Under the pieces are notes generated by a model, which searched no databases, was not told where the DNA came from, and was given only the letters and a program-made list of their open reading frames with translations. DNA of 64,000 nucleotides from Zancudomyces culisetae HAW-14-8 (lineage: Eukaryota > Fungi > Kickxellomycota), in NCBI GenBank assembly GCA_052426225.1, contig JBNJNM010000011.1, forward strand, positions 930,001 through 994,000, read 5' to 3'. Position numbers and translations under genes: made by a program. This document shows, one piece after another, positions 1-12,327 of this stretch (positions are counted from its first letter, which is position 1; each line of letters begins with the position of its first letter).

Positions 1-168
1 AAACTCAATTGGAGATGGACCCTTTTCCACAGATTCTTGTGCGTTTTGCTCTTTGTCACCAAACACATCTCCGGTGTCATCTTTTAATGGCTTTTGCTTT
101 TCTTCTGCAGCAAGGCTTGTTAAGCAAAAAGCGGCCGAAATAAACAGTAATCCTATACTGACCTTCAT
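1..168 (-). CDS. Secreted protein, N-terminal part (runs off the left edge)
   Basis: ATG at 168-166, open to the window edge: MKVSIGLLFISAAFCLTSLA-AEEKQKPLKDDTGDVFGDKEQNAQESVEKGPSPIEF. Classic signal peptide (K, hydrophobic core, SLA cleavage site). Too short for the ORF track. Confidence 0.75.
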   Translation of the reverse strand, partial: MKVSIGLLFISAAFCLTSLAAEEKQKPLKDDTGDVFGDKEQNAQESVEKGPSPIEF

Positions 169-3100
169 GTTTCCAACTACTTGAATCTATTTATTGTACC
201 TGTTTCCTCCTTTTTAGAATAACAGAAATAGAAAACAGCGAATTTTTATTTCAAGTTGCACTTTCTTTTTTATTCTGATTATTTATTTCTTTTGAAACGC
301 TATTAAAATTACACGTTGAATTTTCTGGAGTTGGAAAAATGGGAAAAAAAAAGAACCAGAGTAGAATGAAAAATGTGCTTTTGCTGCTATTTGTGAACAT
401 AGATTGAATCTACAACCATCAATTTTTTTTGTTTAACACCTTTTTTTGTTCATGTACTAGTAATTTAACTCCATTTTTAGAAACTATTTGCATAAAAAAA
501 TGCATCTATAATCAAATACAAAAAAATCCTTGAGCATTAATGATTAAACCCGCAAATGAAAAATGGTAACATCCACAGCAAAAACACCATTCTTAAAGTG
601 CTACATTACAGTTTACATATGGCCGAAATAGGCTGCACTAGATACAAAAAAAAAATTTGGAGCCAGATTTTACAGGCAGAACAACGCTTTGCTTAAAATA
701 AGATCCTGAGACCAAAAAAAAGAGTAAAAAATAAAACCACAAACCGAGGACTAGTAGACCTGAAACAACACATGATGGTTGCAGTAAATAGAACGCGCAT
801 CACTTTCCTCTGCTGAATCATACCTCGCAAGCAACGCTTTTTTGTACTGATTTCTCCAAGAAATATCCCACTATTTAAAATTCTCAACTAATATATATAG
901 CTCGCATTCACGAGTAATAGCTGTTTAGTGGGTATACGTACCTCTGTGCTGCATTGTTTTTTTTTTGGAAAAACCACTTGTACCTTCACTTGACGTCTCT
1001 AGGGGTAGTGGTATAAAAAGCATTTTTTCTGGAGCTTCCAAAACATCACTACACTTGATTTCCAACATACCTTGATATAAATGAGTATTTATTATGTATG
1101 TTTATACATATTTACGTTAGTCACTTAGATACCGAAATCCAACGCAAAAGTATCGGGTTGATTGTTTCGTCTTGAATAAACACAAGGGACTACTGGGGCA
1201 TTAGATTCTGGTACAACATGTGTTTATCTAACTTCGGGTCCACCCAGCCAGCCGTCAGGAATCTAACTCATATTGGCGGAACAGCTTTACTAACTCTAGA
1301 TTATACGTGTATCCCTCGTCGTGGGTCTATTTACTACTCAGCATTTACTCCTCTCATCATCTTTTCTTTTATTTTCATCTCATTCTCTTTTGCTTCCTTT
1401 TTCTCTTCTCTACCCTTCTCTTCTCTGCCCTTTTCTGTCCTCTTTACAAAGTATGAGTAGTTATGTCCCTAAATGATCAATTTTCTAATTGTACACATCT
1501 CTGGCCCGGCACCACATCTTGATGTGCTGGAGTTAGCATTTGAGCTAGAATATCAATGCCACAACCATATCAATTAGTATGACTATTTTGAAGATTTTCA
1601 TAATAATACGTTAGCTTTTCTAAACAACACATACAGTACCATTTACTATTAGAAAGGCACAAAATACAAAAATACATTTACACCTCCCATCTAGAAGAAC
1701 AATAGGGATCTATAAATTCACAGTAAAACATATATGGTAATATGTTTCATAATTTTTTCCTTAAAGTTGGTATTCTCATTACTGAAGAGTTGAAGCAACA
1801 TGTAGAATGCCCTGACTATGGTAAAGGAAACAGTTTAAAACTCCACCATTCATTAGATATATCAATCTTGGGAAAGTGATCTGATAGTTGCGGTTACCGT
1901 TCACTCTAACAATACATTTTCTTGAACTTTTCACACACGCTGAACGTGAATACCATGACCACTCTTTTTTCTACGTTTACTGCTTGAGATTCAACAAAAC
2001 TTGGAGAGCAGAAGATAAGCATTTTTCCTATGGGTAAATAATTTAATAATAACATCAGCAAATGTTGCCCCAATATAGGAACTAATGACAGCACCAGTAC
2101 TGTAAAAATAAAACCACAACAACGTTACGGAAAAAATCAGTTCCTTTTATACATAAGTCACGTTTGGATTTAATGAGACGCTTCCGCTTCGCTGGGAACT
2201 TAAAGTAACCTGTGTATGTTTAATGTTAACATTTGTAGAATCCCAAAGCAGTGTTATACCCAGTTACAAAAATGGGAATCCAATTATTAGTTTAAAGCGT
2301 GAATAGTGTTCACATCTGGATTTTTGGTACAATTTACAGTAAACTGGTAACACCTATGGAAATGCATAGAAAAAAACTAAAACTTTCGCATTCCCTATAA
2401 TTTGTACTTTGAATAACCCCCTCCCCCTATTGAGGTTTTCATTTTTTTTGTCTTCAACAATACAATTGTATACTTGACCTAAATGCCTGTGTTATGCTAT
2501 GCTTTTGCTTTTTTTTGTGGCACGCAACCACCTGTAATGGTATACACTTGGTGATACCATTGCTGCTTTTGCTATTGTTTTTTTATCAGACAAATTTTTA
2601 TCTCAACAGAGATGCAACAACACTAGAAAAATATCATCAATCTATTTTACTATGCATTATAGTGAGCTTTTTTTCATCCACATGAGATAGCACCTAAGCT
2701 ATGTGTGCATTTGCAATAATAAGCTTACAGAATCAGCCTATAGTGTAGTCAGTAATTAAAGTAGCTCGCACAAAAATCTCAGGTCCCTCCAAGCTTGTTG
2801 ACAGTCCTATCATTCTTTCTTCTGTAACAAAAGCGTTGAAAGTACTTTGCGCCCATATACATGAAAATGAAAAAAGGATTGCTGTTTCCAGCAACTCAAA
2901 GTTTTTTTTGCTAATTTCCGGGTAAAAAAAGACTGCAAAAGCATATCCCCATTAAGAAAGTTTTCGCAGTCGTTTGTCTTTATATTCAATTTTCACTCTT
3001 CCATTTAGAACTTTTGGGTTTTTTATTTTTCGAGTTTTCCGCCATTATAAGTTCAGGTAATAGGAGATTTTTTTCCCTCCCTCCCAAAAAAAAAAACACT

Positions 3101-4835
3101 TATGACAAAATTCACACAGATATTTTCGTTTGCTAAAAATAATTTGTAGTGAAAACTAATGCATGTACCAAAAACTACATATATGATTACTATTTGGTTT
3201 GGTTTAAAGCGGATATATATCCCAGATAACTTTTTTTCTTGATATTACCAATCCGTTTTTCTTTACAAGAAAAACATTTCTCACTGGGCTGTGTCATATC
3301 TAACAGTTTCTCTCTCCCTTTAACTCATAAATAACACCGAGGGAAAATGTGGATTTGATTTTCTTGTTAATTTTACCCTGATAATGTATACAAACAATGT
3401 AAACCAAGGTATGACAGAAATACATTTAACTCCAATTGTGTGTAGGTTGAATTTGGTACACCACTATTGATATTTCTAGTGGGAAGATATAGCAGAATTC
3501 AATGAAAAATTCGCAAAAAAAGCGAAATAAAATGGAGGAAACAAAAGCGTTGCATTAAATTGTGGGCGTATAAGCTATTTTTTTCCAAACATGTGATTTC
3601 CAATCAAATTGAATACATAATCCATGTCTTTTGGTGTGTTTTTTTTTAAATTTGAACTTGGAGCAATGGAAATTTAAAGTTGGCTATGCTTTATAGTTGC
3701 TGGTATATGTGTGTGTGTCCCCCCTATCAAATCTCACGCCATAAACAGCAACATCACAAACATTAATTGTTACAGTTCACCATATACCTTTACAATTTCA
3801 TTCAGTAAAATTTCGCATAAGATTTCAACACCTAACGACATTATTATACATTTACTCAAAAAAAAGCAGTTGAGAGGGGGAAGGGGCCCTCATGGCATTA
3901 TAAAGTTTGGTGTCATAGTACTAGGTTTAGTTCTCTCTCAATTTTGGTTTTAAAATGCACATCTGATGATTTAGGTCATGCCTAACATTAGCATTATTCC
4001 TGAAAGACGAAGGCAAATATACACAATCAATGCGTGATATGTTGACTTTTAAATGTGTTTTATATAGTTCAATTCGCATTTTAGTCGACGAGTTCTTTTA
4101 AAGCAAAAAAAAAAAGGGGGAGTGGGGGTGAAACGAACCATTGCATGCAAAATCCGTGCTTTGAAAGAACAAAGAACCAGTCTCTTGTCATATTTTGACA
4201 TGAGAGTAATGACAAGAACACGAGAAAAACAAAAAACTATATATTAGCACAGCACTTCTTCAATGTTAAAACATTTATGATTCTTTAAAAACCAGTTACT
4301 TTGATTTTAAAGATAATTTATACACACTCTTTTTTACTAAGTATTACTGCACAACGTATACCCATACTAAAGTATCATTTAGCCCTTTACAGCTAACTGT
4401 GCGACATCGCCGATTGAAAAGAATTACCGAGTAACGAATATAGTAAAACCGCAATCATTAGACCTGAAGTTTTTTTTTTTGCATATAATTCATCCAATTA
4501 CACAGTACTCAACAATAGCATAATTAAGTCTTTAGTTAGATATCAATAAAGGGGTCAATACAGTGACGTAAAAATCCCACTCAAAAAAAGAAAAAAAAGG
4601 CTCATCTGGAACTAACACCAAAATATTTCATACTGGAACACATCATATCACACGAGTACGGATATTGGTTAGGAAAAAACAATAGAATTCTGACGTGTTG
4701 GTGGGAAAAGAAGATTATTTAGGTATACCATCACCCTTCCCCTCTACTTCTAATATATGACAACTCAAAGAAGCTAAAAGACTCATCCAACTTGAAATAC
4801 CAATAATAAAAAATATAAACAGGGTGGTGTTTACA

Positions 4836-6581
4836 ATGGATACAGAACTGACTAATGCGAATATAGGCAGCTTTATATCCAGTATGCAGGAAAAAGATAA
4901 CACACATACACAAAAAAACTATGATCTCGCAAACACACTATCTGGAATAAATGCAAACTTTGGGGAGTTCAACGGCGCCAAGGCTTACGATGGCATGAAT
5001 TACGGATTAAATGCCAGGCTTGGTGGTATCAACTTTAACAATACACTCAGCAACATTCCCTTTATGAAAAGTGTCGTTGACACGGGTACCAATTCATTAA
5101 ATAGTGATGTGTTTTTGGGAGATAGTTTGGATTTGAAGATCCAAGATAATTATGAAAAAATGTTTTTATCATCATTAAAAACAGATTTTCTGGGAATTGA
5201 GAACAAAATCCAAACCAAAAATCAGTTGTTTAGGAACACTGAGGAGCCCAAAATAGTTGTACCCAAATTGGATTTTGTTGAAAAAAGATGCCTGAATGAC
5301 TTAATAGGTGAAGTTAAAGCCAATAACACTGAAAAAACAAGACATATATCATACCGTACGAACTCGCCGATATATACAAATGGTGTTGTTCCAATGAGCA
5401 ACCAAACCAGTGACGATACCCAAGGACTTGCAAACACGTTAAAAAATGAGAACCTGGCTATATCGAGAAGATTTTCAGAAAATAGAGACTATAGTGACCT
5501 AATTATGTCCATAGGGAAACAAAATGTGCAAAACCCATATGATACGGCCTTAGGTAGTCTCAACAGGGTAAATGCAAGACACACTGGTTTTATAAACATG
5601 TCACCGTCAAGTGGTGGTGAGTTCTTGAATAATAGCGCCGAAATTGACGAAAACTTCCCACTAGCACGACTGCCTCTTTCAAAAAACAAATCTAACGACC
5701 CAGTTTTAAACAAAACTGCACAGGAGCAGCACAGCCCCATAAATGGAGGCCTAAATCAACGAAAAAGGGGTTTTTTGGAATCCAATTTACTTGAAAACGT
5801 CATTTTAAATACTCAGAAGGGAATACATCATGATATCAACGACTTTAAACTAAACCAATCTGTTTCTCAAACACAGCCACCTCACAATGAACTGAACTAC
5901 TTTGTCAGCAACAACCTTGCGCTACCATTAAATAACAATAATTCTATAAATTTAGGAGTTCTAAAGAACAATAATGTTGGTATTTCAAAGCCATATACTG
6001 ACTACAGGCCATTTCCGCAAAACTTGAGCTGCTATAACACTTCTGCAAATCTTAACGAACTTTCGTTGAGTCTTCAAAATATTTCAAGAATCGGCAACCA
6101 TTCTTCATCACTAGCAAGGCCATTCAAATGTAATACCTGTGAGCAATCATTTAGCAGAAACCATGATCTTAAAAGGCATGTTAAAATACACACAGGTATA
6201 AAACCATACAAATGTAAAAGGTGTGGAAAAAACTTTGGTAGATCTGATGCCCTTAAACGGCACAGCTCTGTAAAGAGGTGCAAAAACTTGGAGCTAAAAA
6301 ACAAAGATGCCAAGAAGGATGTTGAAGTCGCTACTGATGGAAAAGATTCAAAAAAAGTAAAGACTAGCGACGAGCCACGTTCAACTTCCGACATCGAGCT
6401 GCAAAGCGTGCAGAGAGAGGATATTACGAACATAAGCTATATAAACAACTCTGTTGATCAGATAGGTGAAGATGTACTGTACTTTAACGGGGAAAAAATT
6501 GAATTGGTTTCTCCCGAATCTATTAAAATGGTGCTATCAAGGCTCGGTGATGGAAACGAGAGCCAGGGTATTAATTCATAA
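4836..6581 (+). CDS. C2H2 zinc-finger transcription factor (two fingers; the second ends in Cys)
   Basis: Intronless ORF, first ATG at 4836. RPFKCNTCEQSFSRNHDLKRHVKIHTGIKPYKCKRCGKNFGRSDALKRHSSVKRC, preceded by a long Asn/Ser-rich region. Confidence 0.92.
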   Translation: MDTELTNANIGSFISSMQEKDNTHTQKNYDLANTLSGINANFGEFNGAKAYDGMNYGLNARLGGINFNNTLSNIPFMKSVVDTGTNSLNSDVFLGDSLDLKIQDNYEKMFLSSLKTDFLGIENKIQTKNQLFRNTEEPKIVVPKLDFVEKRCLNDLIGEVKANNTEKTRHISYRTNSPIYTNGVVPMSNQTSDDTQGLANTLKNENLAISRRFSENRDYSDLIMSIGKQNVQNPYDTALGSLNRVNARHTGFINMSPSSGGEFLNNSAEIDENFPLARLPLSKNKSNDPVLNKTAQEQHSPINGGLNQRKRGFLESNLLENVILNTQKGIHHDINDFKLNQSVSQTQPPHNELNYFVSNNLALPLNNNNSINLGVLKNNNVGISKPYTDYRPFPQNLSCYNTSANLNELSLSLQNISRIGNHSSSLARPFKCNTCEQSFSRNHDLKRHVKIHTGIKPYKCKRCGKNFGRSDALKRHSSVKRCKNLELKNKDAKKDVEVATDGKDSKKVKTSDEPRSTSDIELQSVQREDITNISYINNSVDQIGEDVLYFNGEKIELVSPESIKMVLSRLGDGNESQGINS

Positions 6582-7463
6582 CTTGTGATATAGGATCCAA
6601 ATGCATTCTCTTTTTCGTGTATATTAGTGCGTTCCTGCCTTCCAATGGCACGGAATACTGTTTTCTAGTCTTTGAGTTAAAAGTAAAGATCGAGTTAAAA
6701 GATAAATCACATAAAAAATTCCACTTTAGATTCTTGTTTAGCGTTATAATCTTGATATAGTGTGTTTAAAACAAAAAGTCACATTTGCATGTACATGTGC
6801 ATTTTAGTGCCAGTCCTTTCTGTAAAATAAATAAATAGACACACTTCTTTCTGTACTAACTAGCATACTCAGCTTGTGTAGCCACGATAACTCTTTGACT
6901 CACCTCCACCACTTGTTCCACTTCTTCCCGTCTATTTTTCCCTGTTGAGTTTGTATTTTTTGCTAGTATCTATGTATTAAGTATGCTATATGCTACATGC
7001 CACATGCCACATGGTGCTATGATATCTGCATGTACCACTCTTGTATATGCCAGGTCTCTAAGTGGTATTTTTATGCAATCAGGTAAATCAGTTATTAACC
7101 AACAACACTTTGAAAGTGAAGGGAAAAATATGTACTCCAATATCGAAGAAATGCAGGTGGATGAATGGGCTCATATGAACTCTCATTTTTTAGTGGTTTG
7201 TGTTTTTTCGTTTAGTAAATGTATGATGCAAAAAAAAAATTACAAGCATTCAAGCAATGGTTATTATATTGTTTATGGTTGTTATTCCATCTTACCCATC
7301 TGGATTTGTAAACATTTTTCATCTTATAAATTTCCATAGTGAACCGCTATTTTGGAACGTAAACCTTTAAAGCATAAAACACACTCCGCTGGCTTTCTAA
7401 AACATATTAAAAAGACAAAGCGAAATAAGAATAACAGCAGTTAGACCCGTTTGAACGCAAAGG

Positions 7464-7955
7464 ATGAACCAGAATTCCGAGCCAAACTCCAAAAGTAAGT
7501 GCTAATAAAGCTAGCTTTGGAGCTACTGTGATATTCAAACATTCATCTAGTGGAATATTTTTCTGAACAATCAGGAAAAGTGAATTAGGCACTGTTGCGA
7601 ATAGAGAATCATTGTTTACTAAAGATATTAAATAAATTTCATAGCACAAGCGATCGAAATATTCGATTTTGCTTACCCAAAGGATGATCCAAGACACAAG
7701 GGGATTTATCTAATGCAAAATCAAAATGAATGGGAAACAGAAACTGAGCAAGAGAGCGAAAGCGATGTTGTTGATATCATAGGGAGAGCCGTCGTGCTGT
7801 ACGATTTTGTAGCTGAGAGTGAAAACGAGCTCTCTGTTCTGAAAGGAGACATGCTAGTTGTTTCAGCGAGTGGTGCTGAAGGGTGGTACATAGGTTGCAA
7901 AGGAGAAGATGAAGTAGGTTTAGTACCAGCTACGTATGTTTCTATTGTTGACTAG
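7464..7955 (+). CDS. NBP2: Nbp2/Skb5-like SH3 adaptor (HOG pathway, Ptc1 adaptor); 2 exons 7464-7494, 7645-7955
   Basis: Phase-1 intron GTAAGT...TTTCATAG. Spliced product MNQNSEPNSKTQAIEIFDFAYPKDDPRHKG, an acidic linker, then SH3 (AVVLYDF...GW...GLVPATYV). The DFAYPxxDPxHxG motif before an SH3 is characteristic of Nbp2. Confidence 0.8.
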
Positions 7956-8586
7956 GGTTGTCACCTCTATGGGTACAAAAACAATGTACTTCTTGTACTC
8001 GTTTCTATTATTATCGCACTTTTTTTCTCCTTGAAAATGATGTATTATTAGTACGCAGAGGGCACATATTCAAAAACAATGTTAGTTCAAAACGTATGTA
8101 CCAAGTAAAAAATGGTGGATCAGATGAGAAATACATGTATTCAATCCCTTTTTCAAAATTAAAATTTCTTGCGTTTAGAAAGACCAAGATATTGCTAGTT
8201 TTAGATCTGCTCTAGATTTACATGCATAGTATCACGTGTTTCTGTATATAATATCATGTGACTGTGGTATATATACACACTTAGCCAGCTAAAACTGCTA
8301 CCCATCTTTATAAGCAGTGTGATTTTTTTTAAAAAAAGGGTGTTTTAGTGACTGTTTTTCAAGCAATGCCCAATCCTCAGTTCATATAGGTATGAAGAAA
8401 AAAAATCGTGACTGACTAATGAGAAAAAGGTTTTGGTAAACGAAAAAATTTTACCTTCAGAATCCGACTTTTTCATTGATAAAAAAAAAAACAAAAACAA
8501 AAGCAAAAACAAAAACAAAAACAAAGCGTAGCAACAGAATCGGAACATCACAATTATACGGGTGTTAAGACAGTGTTTTAAGTGAA

Positions 8587-9684
8587 ATGGCAGAAGATAA
8601 AGGCACAATAAAATTGGTTTTCCTTCATCTAGGATTGGGCGATGGAGTGGAGGATGTATTGAAAGATTTAATTCTTACAGATGAAGCTCAGGAAAATGCA
8701 AAAGATTGTGGTATTGTCAACACAAAGATTTTGAAACTCGCTCTTGAAAATTCTCCAGCATTCGCAGGTGCTTCAGAGATTGAAAAAAGCGCTGTGAGCC
8801 AATATCTAACAATGTCCTCAAGAACTGGAAACGTAAACCGATCGAATTTAGTAACTCTGATTAACGGCCAAATGGAAAACAAAAAATATTTGGTAAATGA
8901 AAACCTGTGTTTAGCTGACATTGTGGTGTTTAGCAGGATTACAGAATATGTGAAGAAGGGGCTCAGCGAGCAAAAGAGAAAAACTTTAAGCAACTTCATT
9001 GCGTGGTATGAGCAGATCCAAAAAGATATTGGAGAAAAAAATATAAAGGCAGCCGGGCTTGAATATTTGGATTTCTCGCAGAAACAAGCCGAAGGGAATA
9101 AAACCAAAAAACAGAAAAACAAAACTAGTGGAGGCAAACAGGCAACAAGTGCGGTGCCTGAAACAATCATACCATCAATGATAGATATGCGGGTGGGTAG
9201 AATCCTCACAGTAAAGAGACACGAACAGGCAGATTCTTTGTATGTCGAAGAGATAGACGTTGGCGAAGAAACACCACGGACCGTGGTTTCGGGTTTGGTG
9301 AATTTTATCCCGATAGAACAGATGCAAAACAGAACCATCATAGTGATATGTAATTTAAAACCAGCCACAATGCGTGGTGTTAAATCACAGGCCATGGTCT
9401 TGTGTGCAGATAGTCCAGATGGAAAGCAAGTTCAGTTTGTAGAGCCACCTTTTGAGAACTGTGTGCCTGGTGACCGGATAGTGATAGAAGGATTTGAGGA
9501 CGAGAAACCTGTTGAAGGAGCTTTGAACCCAAAGAAAAAGGTGTGGGAGACAGTGCAGAAGGGGTTGTTTACTAATAAAGACTGTGTGGCTGTTTGGAAG
9601 GATGTAGATGGCAAGGAACACAGATTGATGGTCAATGGAAAAGAATGCAAATCACAAACTATCGCAGATGGTATTTTGAAATAA
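8587..9684 (+). CDS. ARC1: Aminoacyl-tRNA synthetase cofactor Arc1/AIMP1 (GST-like N domain plus EMAPII-type tRNA-binding OB fold)
   Basis: 365 aa. IDMRVGRI...ADSLYVEEIDVGE...RTVVSGLV...CNLKPATMRGVKSQAMVLCA...LNPKKKVWE; the N-terminus has a GST-C-like LADIVVF. Confidence 0.92.
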   Translation: MAEDKGTIKLVFLHLGLGDGVEDVLKDLILTDEAQENAKDCGIVNTKILKLALENSPAFAGASEIEKSAVSQYLTMSSRTGNVNRSNLVTLINGQMENKKYLVNENLCLADIVVFSRITEYVKKGLSEQKRKTLSNFIAWYEQIQKDIGEKNIKAAGLEYLDFSQKQAEGNKTKKQKNKTSGGKQATSAVPETIIPSMIDMRVGRILTVKRHEQADSLYVEEIDVGEETPRTVVSGLVNFIPIEQMQNRTIIVICNLKPATMRGVKSQAMVLCADSPDGKQVQFVEPPFENCVPGDRIVIEGFEDEKPVEGALNPKKKVWETVQKGLFTNKDCVAVWKDVDGKEHRLMVNGKECKSQTIADGILK

Positions 9685-10119
9685 TATCTTAGCTTCGCCC
9701 CTTTCAACATCAAAACTCTCTGCCTGTACTATGTAAATATAAGTATATTTACCACCACTAAAACAGGTATTTGTCACTACTTTTGCCCTCATTTTTAGTT
9801 TGTTAACTTTAATCTTGTCCTTATCATTTTTTCATGTTTTTTTTTTACTTACCTCTGGCTGTGATGTTTGTTTTGAAATTTAGCCGAGTATAAAACAGTA
9901 AAACAGTAGGTTTTTTATATTTCGTGTTCTTTTTTCTTTTTGGTTTATTATTGTACGTACATAAAATCGATAAAAGTAATCTAGCTAATTATTTGATAAA
10001 TCCTTGAGTCATGTGTACACGGGTAATAAAAAAAGTAGTAGTAGAATGGTAAATAATGTTCGAAAAGAATATGCTTATTACTGCTTTCATCTTGGGATGA
10101 AAAGTAGACGCGTCATATC

Positions 10120-12327
10120 TCACTTTCTAGAATATAAATTGTCATCATCATTCCTAGAATAGCCCGAGTTGTAGCCTCCTTTATGCCTGTCGTTTCTATC
10201 ATTGCTCCTATAACCACCTCCACGTTGGTTGCTGGCGTTGTTATCACGGAATTTATAGCTCTCACCAAATCCTGCATTGTTTTCATCTCTGAAATTTTTT
10301 CCCCTAAAATTTTTATGGCTATTTTTTCCTGCAAAGCTATCATTTCTATTATAGTTAGACTTGAAACCCATGTTAAAACCCCCACCACCTCTTCTGTTGT
10401 AATTCGTAGAGTTTTGTCTGCGCATAGCATTATTCTTCTTTGTTATAATGGAGTCAAATGTTTCTCTCAAAGCTCTTGGGAGTGGTGGTGTATCGACGAT
10501 ACCAAATGGTAAAAGCGATTTTGCTAGATGCGTCAATAGAAGACTGGGATTAATTTTACTCATTATGTCAGTGCTGGTGTAGAATCCCAAGAACGAGGTG
10601 TACATCTGGTCAGCGGACTCGTCGTCTATATTGACCCTATCAAACTTGGATTTAAACTTTTGCACTTCCTTGACATATTTCTCTCTCTCATTCAACTCAA
10701 TCTCCGTCAAAACAGGCTCTTCGTGGTCTGCTTGATCTACATCGTCTTTTTTCTCCTTTGCAACAACATCATTGTATGCATTGCTAAGTGCGCTCAACAT
10801 CTCTCTATCCAAATCCTCATTGTGTGGAATCTTGACTTTCTGTTCTTTTTCAACAGTGTCTAAAAACACCTGATCAGCCTCAGATAAAAGTATTACTCCT
10901 TCGCCCTGTTTACCAGCTCTTCCAGTTCTTCCAATTCTGTGGATATATTGCTCTACACTACCAGGAACTCCAACTTGTATAACAAAACTTGTTCCTGGGT
11001 AATCTACTCCACGTGCTGACACGTCTGATGTAACCAGTATTGCTGAGTCAGTGTTATTTGTCCCATGTGCCCTAAATCTCTTCGAGATATTCGATCGTGT
11101 GACTTGATCTTTTTTCCCATGAAGACAATAAACAAACACACCATCTGAGTTGTCACCATATCTGCCACCTCTCCCTCCCCTAGCCCCCCTTCTATCATCA
11201 TGTCGTCCAGTTCCTAGTAGCGTGTTCAATACTTCATAGTAGATTTGAACAGACTTTGTAGTAGGCAAAAATACAATTATTTTAGCACCGCGTTTAAGCT
11301 CGTCCTTCATTTTTTTAATATGTGAATTGATCAAAGAATACATGGCTAAATAATGCTTGTCCCATCCAACCGACACATAACTTTGTTTGATATTTTGTAA
11401 TACATTGCCTTCTCCCTTTTCCACACAATCTAAAATCTCGAAATCCTTCTTTCCAAATGCCTCCGTAGCCACGTTTCGTATTTTTGTTGACATTGTTGCT
11501 GAAACCAAGTAAGTTTGTCTATCTTTTGGACTAAGTCTTATAATTTTGTCGACCTCTTGCTGAAATCCCATATCAAGAAGCATATCCGCTTCATCAAAAA
11601 TCAATATCTTGGTTTGATCTGCAGACTCCCTAAATAAGTTGCTGTTTTCCCAAACGTCCAACAGTCTTCCTGGTGTCCCAACCACGATGTCGTGATTTTT
11701 GTATCTGTACTCTCTTAATTGCCTAACAACAGGCTCTCCTCCAACAAACATGCTTACATCAAACCCATGAAATTTGGTCAATCTCCTTGCCTCCTCTCCA
11801 ATTTGGAATGCCAACTCTCTTGTTGGACTAACAACCATAATTCCTATTTTTTCACGTTTTTTTCCTCTCCCGTCTACCTTTTTTTCCTGATATTCTTGAA
11901 CGAGCTTTTCAATACCTGCTATAAGAAAAGCTAGTGTTTTACCTGTTCCTGTCTTTGCTTTTATCATCAAATCCCCGTTGATCGGCATTCGTTCAATAAT
12001 TTTATTTTGCACTTTTGTAGCATTTTCATACCCAAATTCTGCCTTTAGTGCCTTTAATGTTTTTTGATCTATTTTTCCATATTCCTTAAAGCTTACAGGC
12101 TGATATACATCCTGATCTTTTTCCTCTTCTTGCGCCAACGTGCTGTTTGCCCTGAATTGTTGTTTGGATCCCACAAGTGCAAATGTATCTTGTGGTTTAA
12201 TTATCTGGATGTCTCGAAATAAAACGCTACCAACCAATCGGGATTCGTGAAACCTTGTTCCTGTGGCGTTCCATCTTAGTGATCCTCTCCTAATAATCCC
12301 CTTACCAATCGCTGATATCCTTTGCAT
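10120..12327 (-). CDS. MSS116: Mitochondrial DEAD-box RNA helicase Mss116/CYT-19
   Basis: AKTGTGKT, PTRELA, DEAD, SAT, ARGVD and HRIGRTGRAG motifs; Arg-rich presequence-like N-terminus; basic R/G/N-rich tail. Confidence 0.85.
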   Translation of the reverse strand: MQRISAIGKGIIRRGSLRWNATGTRFHESRLVGSVLFRDIQIIKPQDTFALVGSKQQFRANSTLAQEEEKDQDVYQPVSFKEYGKIDQKTLKALKAEFGYENATKVQNKIIERMPINGDLMIKAKTGTGKTLAFLIAGIEKLVQEYQEKKVDGRGKKREKIGIMVVSPTRELAFQIGEEARRLTKFHGFDVSMFVGGEPVVRQLREYRYKNHDIVVGTPGRLLDVWENSNLFRESADQTKILIFDEADMLLDMGFQQEVDKIIRLSPKDRQTYLVSATMSTKIRNVATEAFGKKDFEILDCVEKGEGNVLQNIKQSYVSVGWDKHYLAMYSLINSHIKKMKDELKRGAKIIVFLPTTKSVQIYYEVLNTLLGTGRHDDRRGARGGRGGRYGDNSDGVFVYCLHGKKDQVTRSNISKRFRAHGTNNTDSAILVTSDVSARGVDYPGTSFVIQVGVPGSVEQYIHRIGRTGRAGKQGEGVILLSEADQVFLDTVEKEQKVKIPHNEDLDREMLSALSNAYNDVVAKEKKDDVDQADHEEPVLTEIELNEREKYVKEVQKFKSKFDRVNIDDESADQMYTSFLGFYTSTDIMSKINPSLLLTHLAKSLLPFGIVDTPPLPRALRETFDSIITKKNNAMRRQNSTNYNRRGGGGFNMGFKSNYNRNDSFAGKNSHKNFRGKNFRDENNAGFGESYKFRDNNASNQRGGGYRSNDRNDRHKGGYNSGYSRNDDDNLYSRK

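Noticed and set aside
1048-1059. ATCAAGTGTAGT on the - strand, identical to part of the U2 snRNA branch-pairing region
   Set aside because: The flanks lack U2 stem I (GCCTTTTGGC), ATCTGTTC and stem IIa; a 12-nt match can arise by chance.
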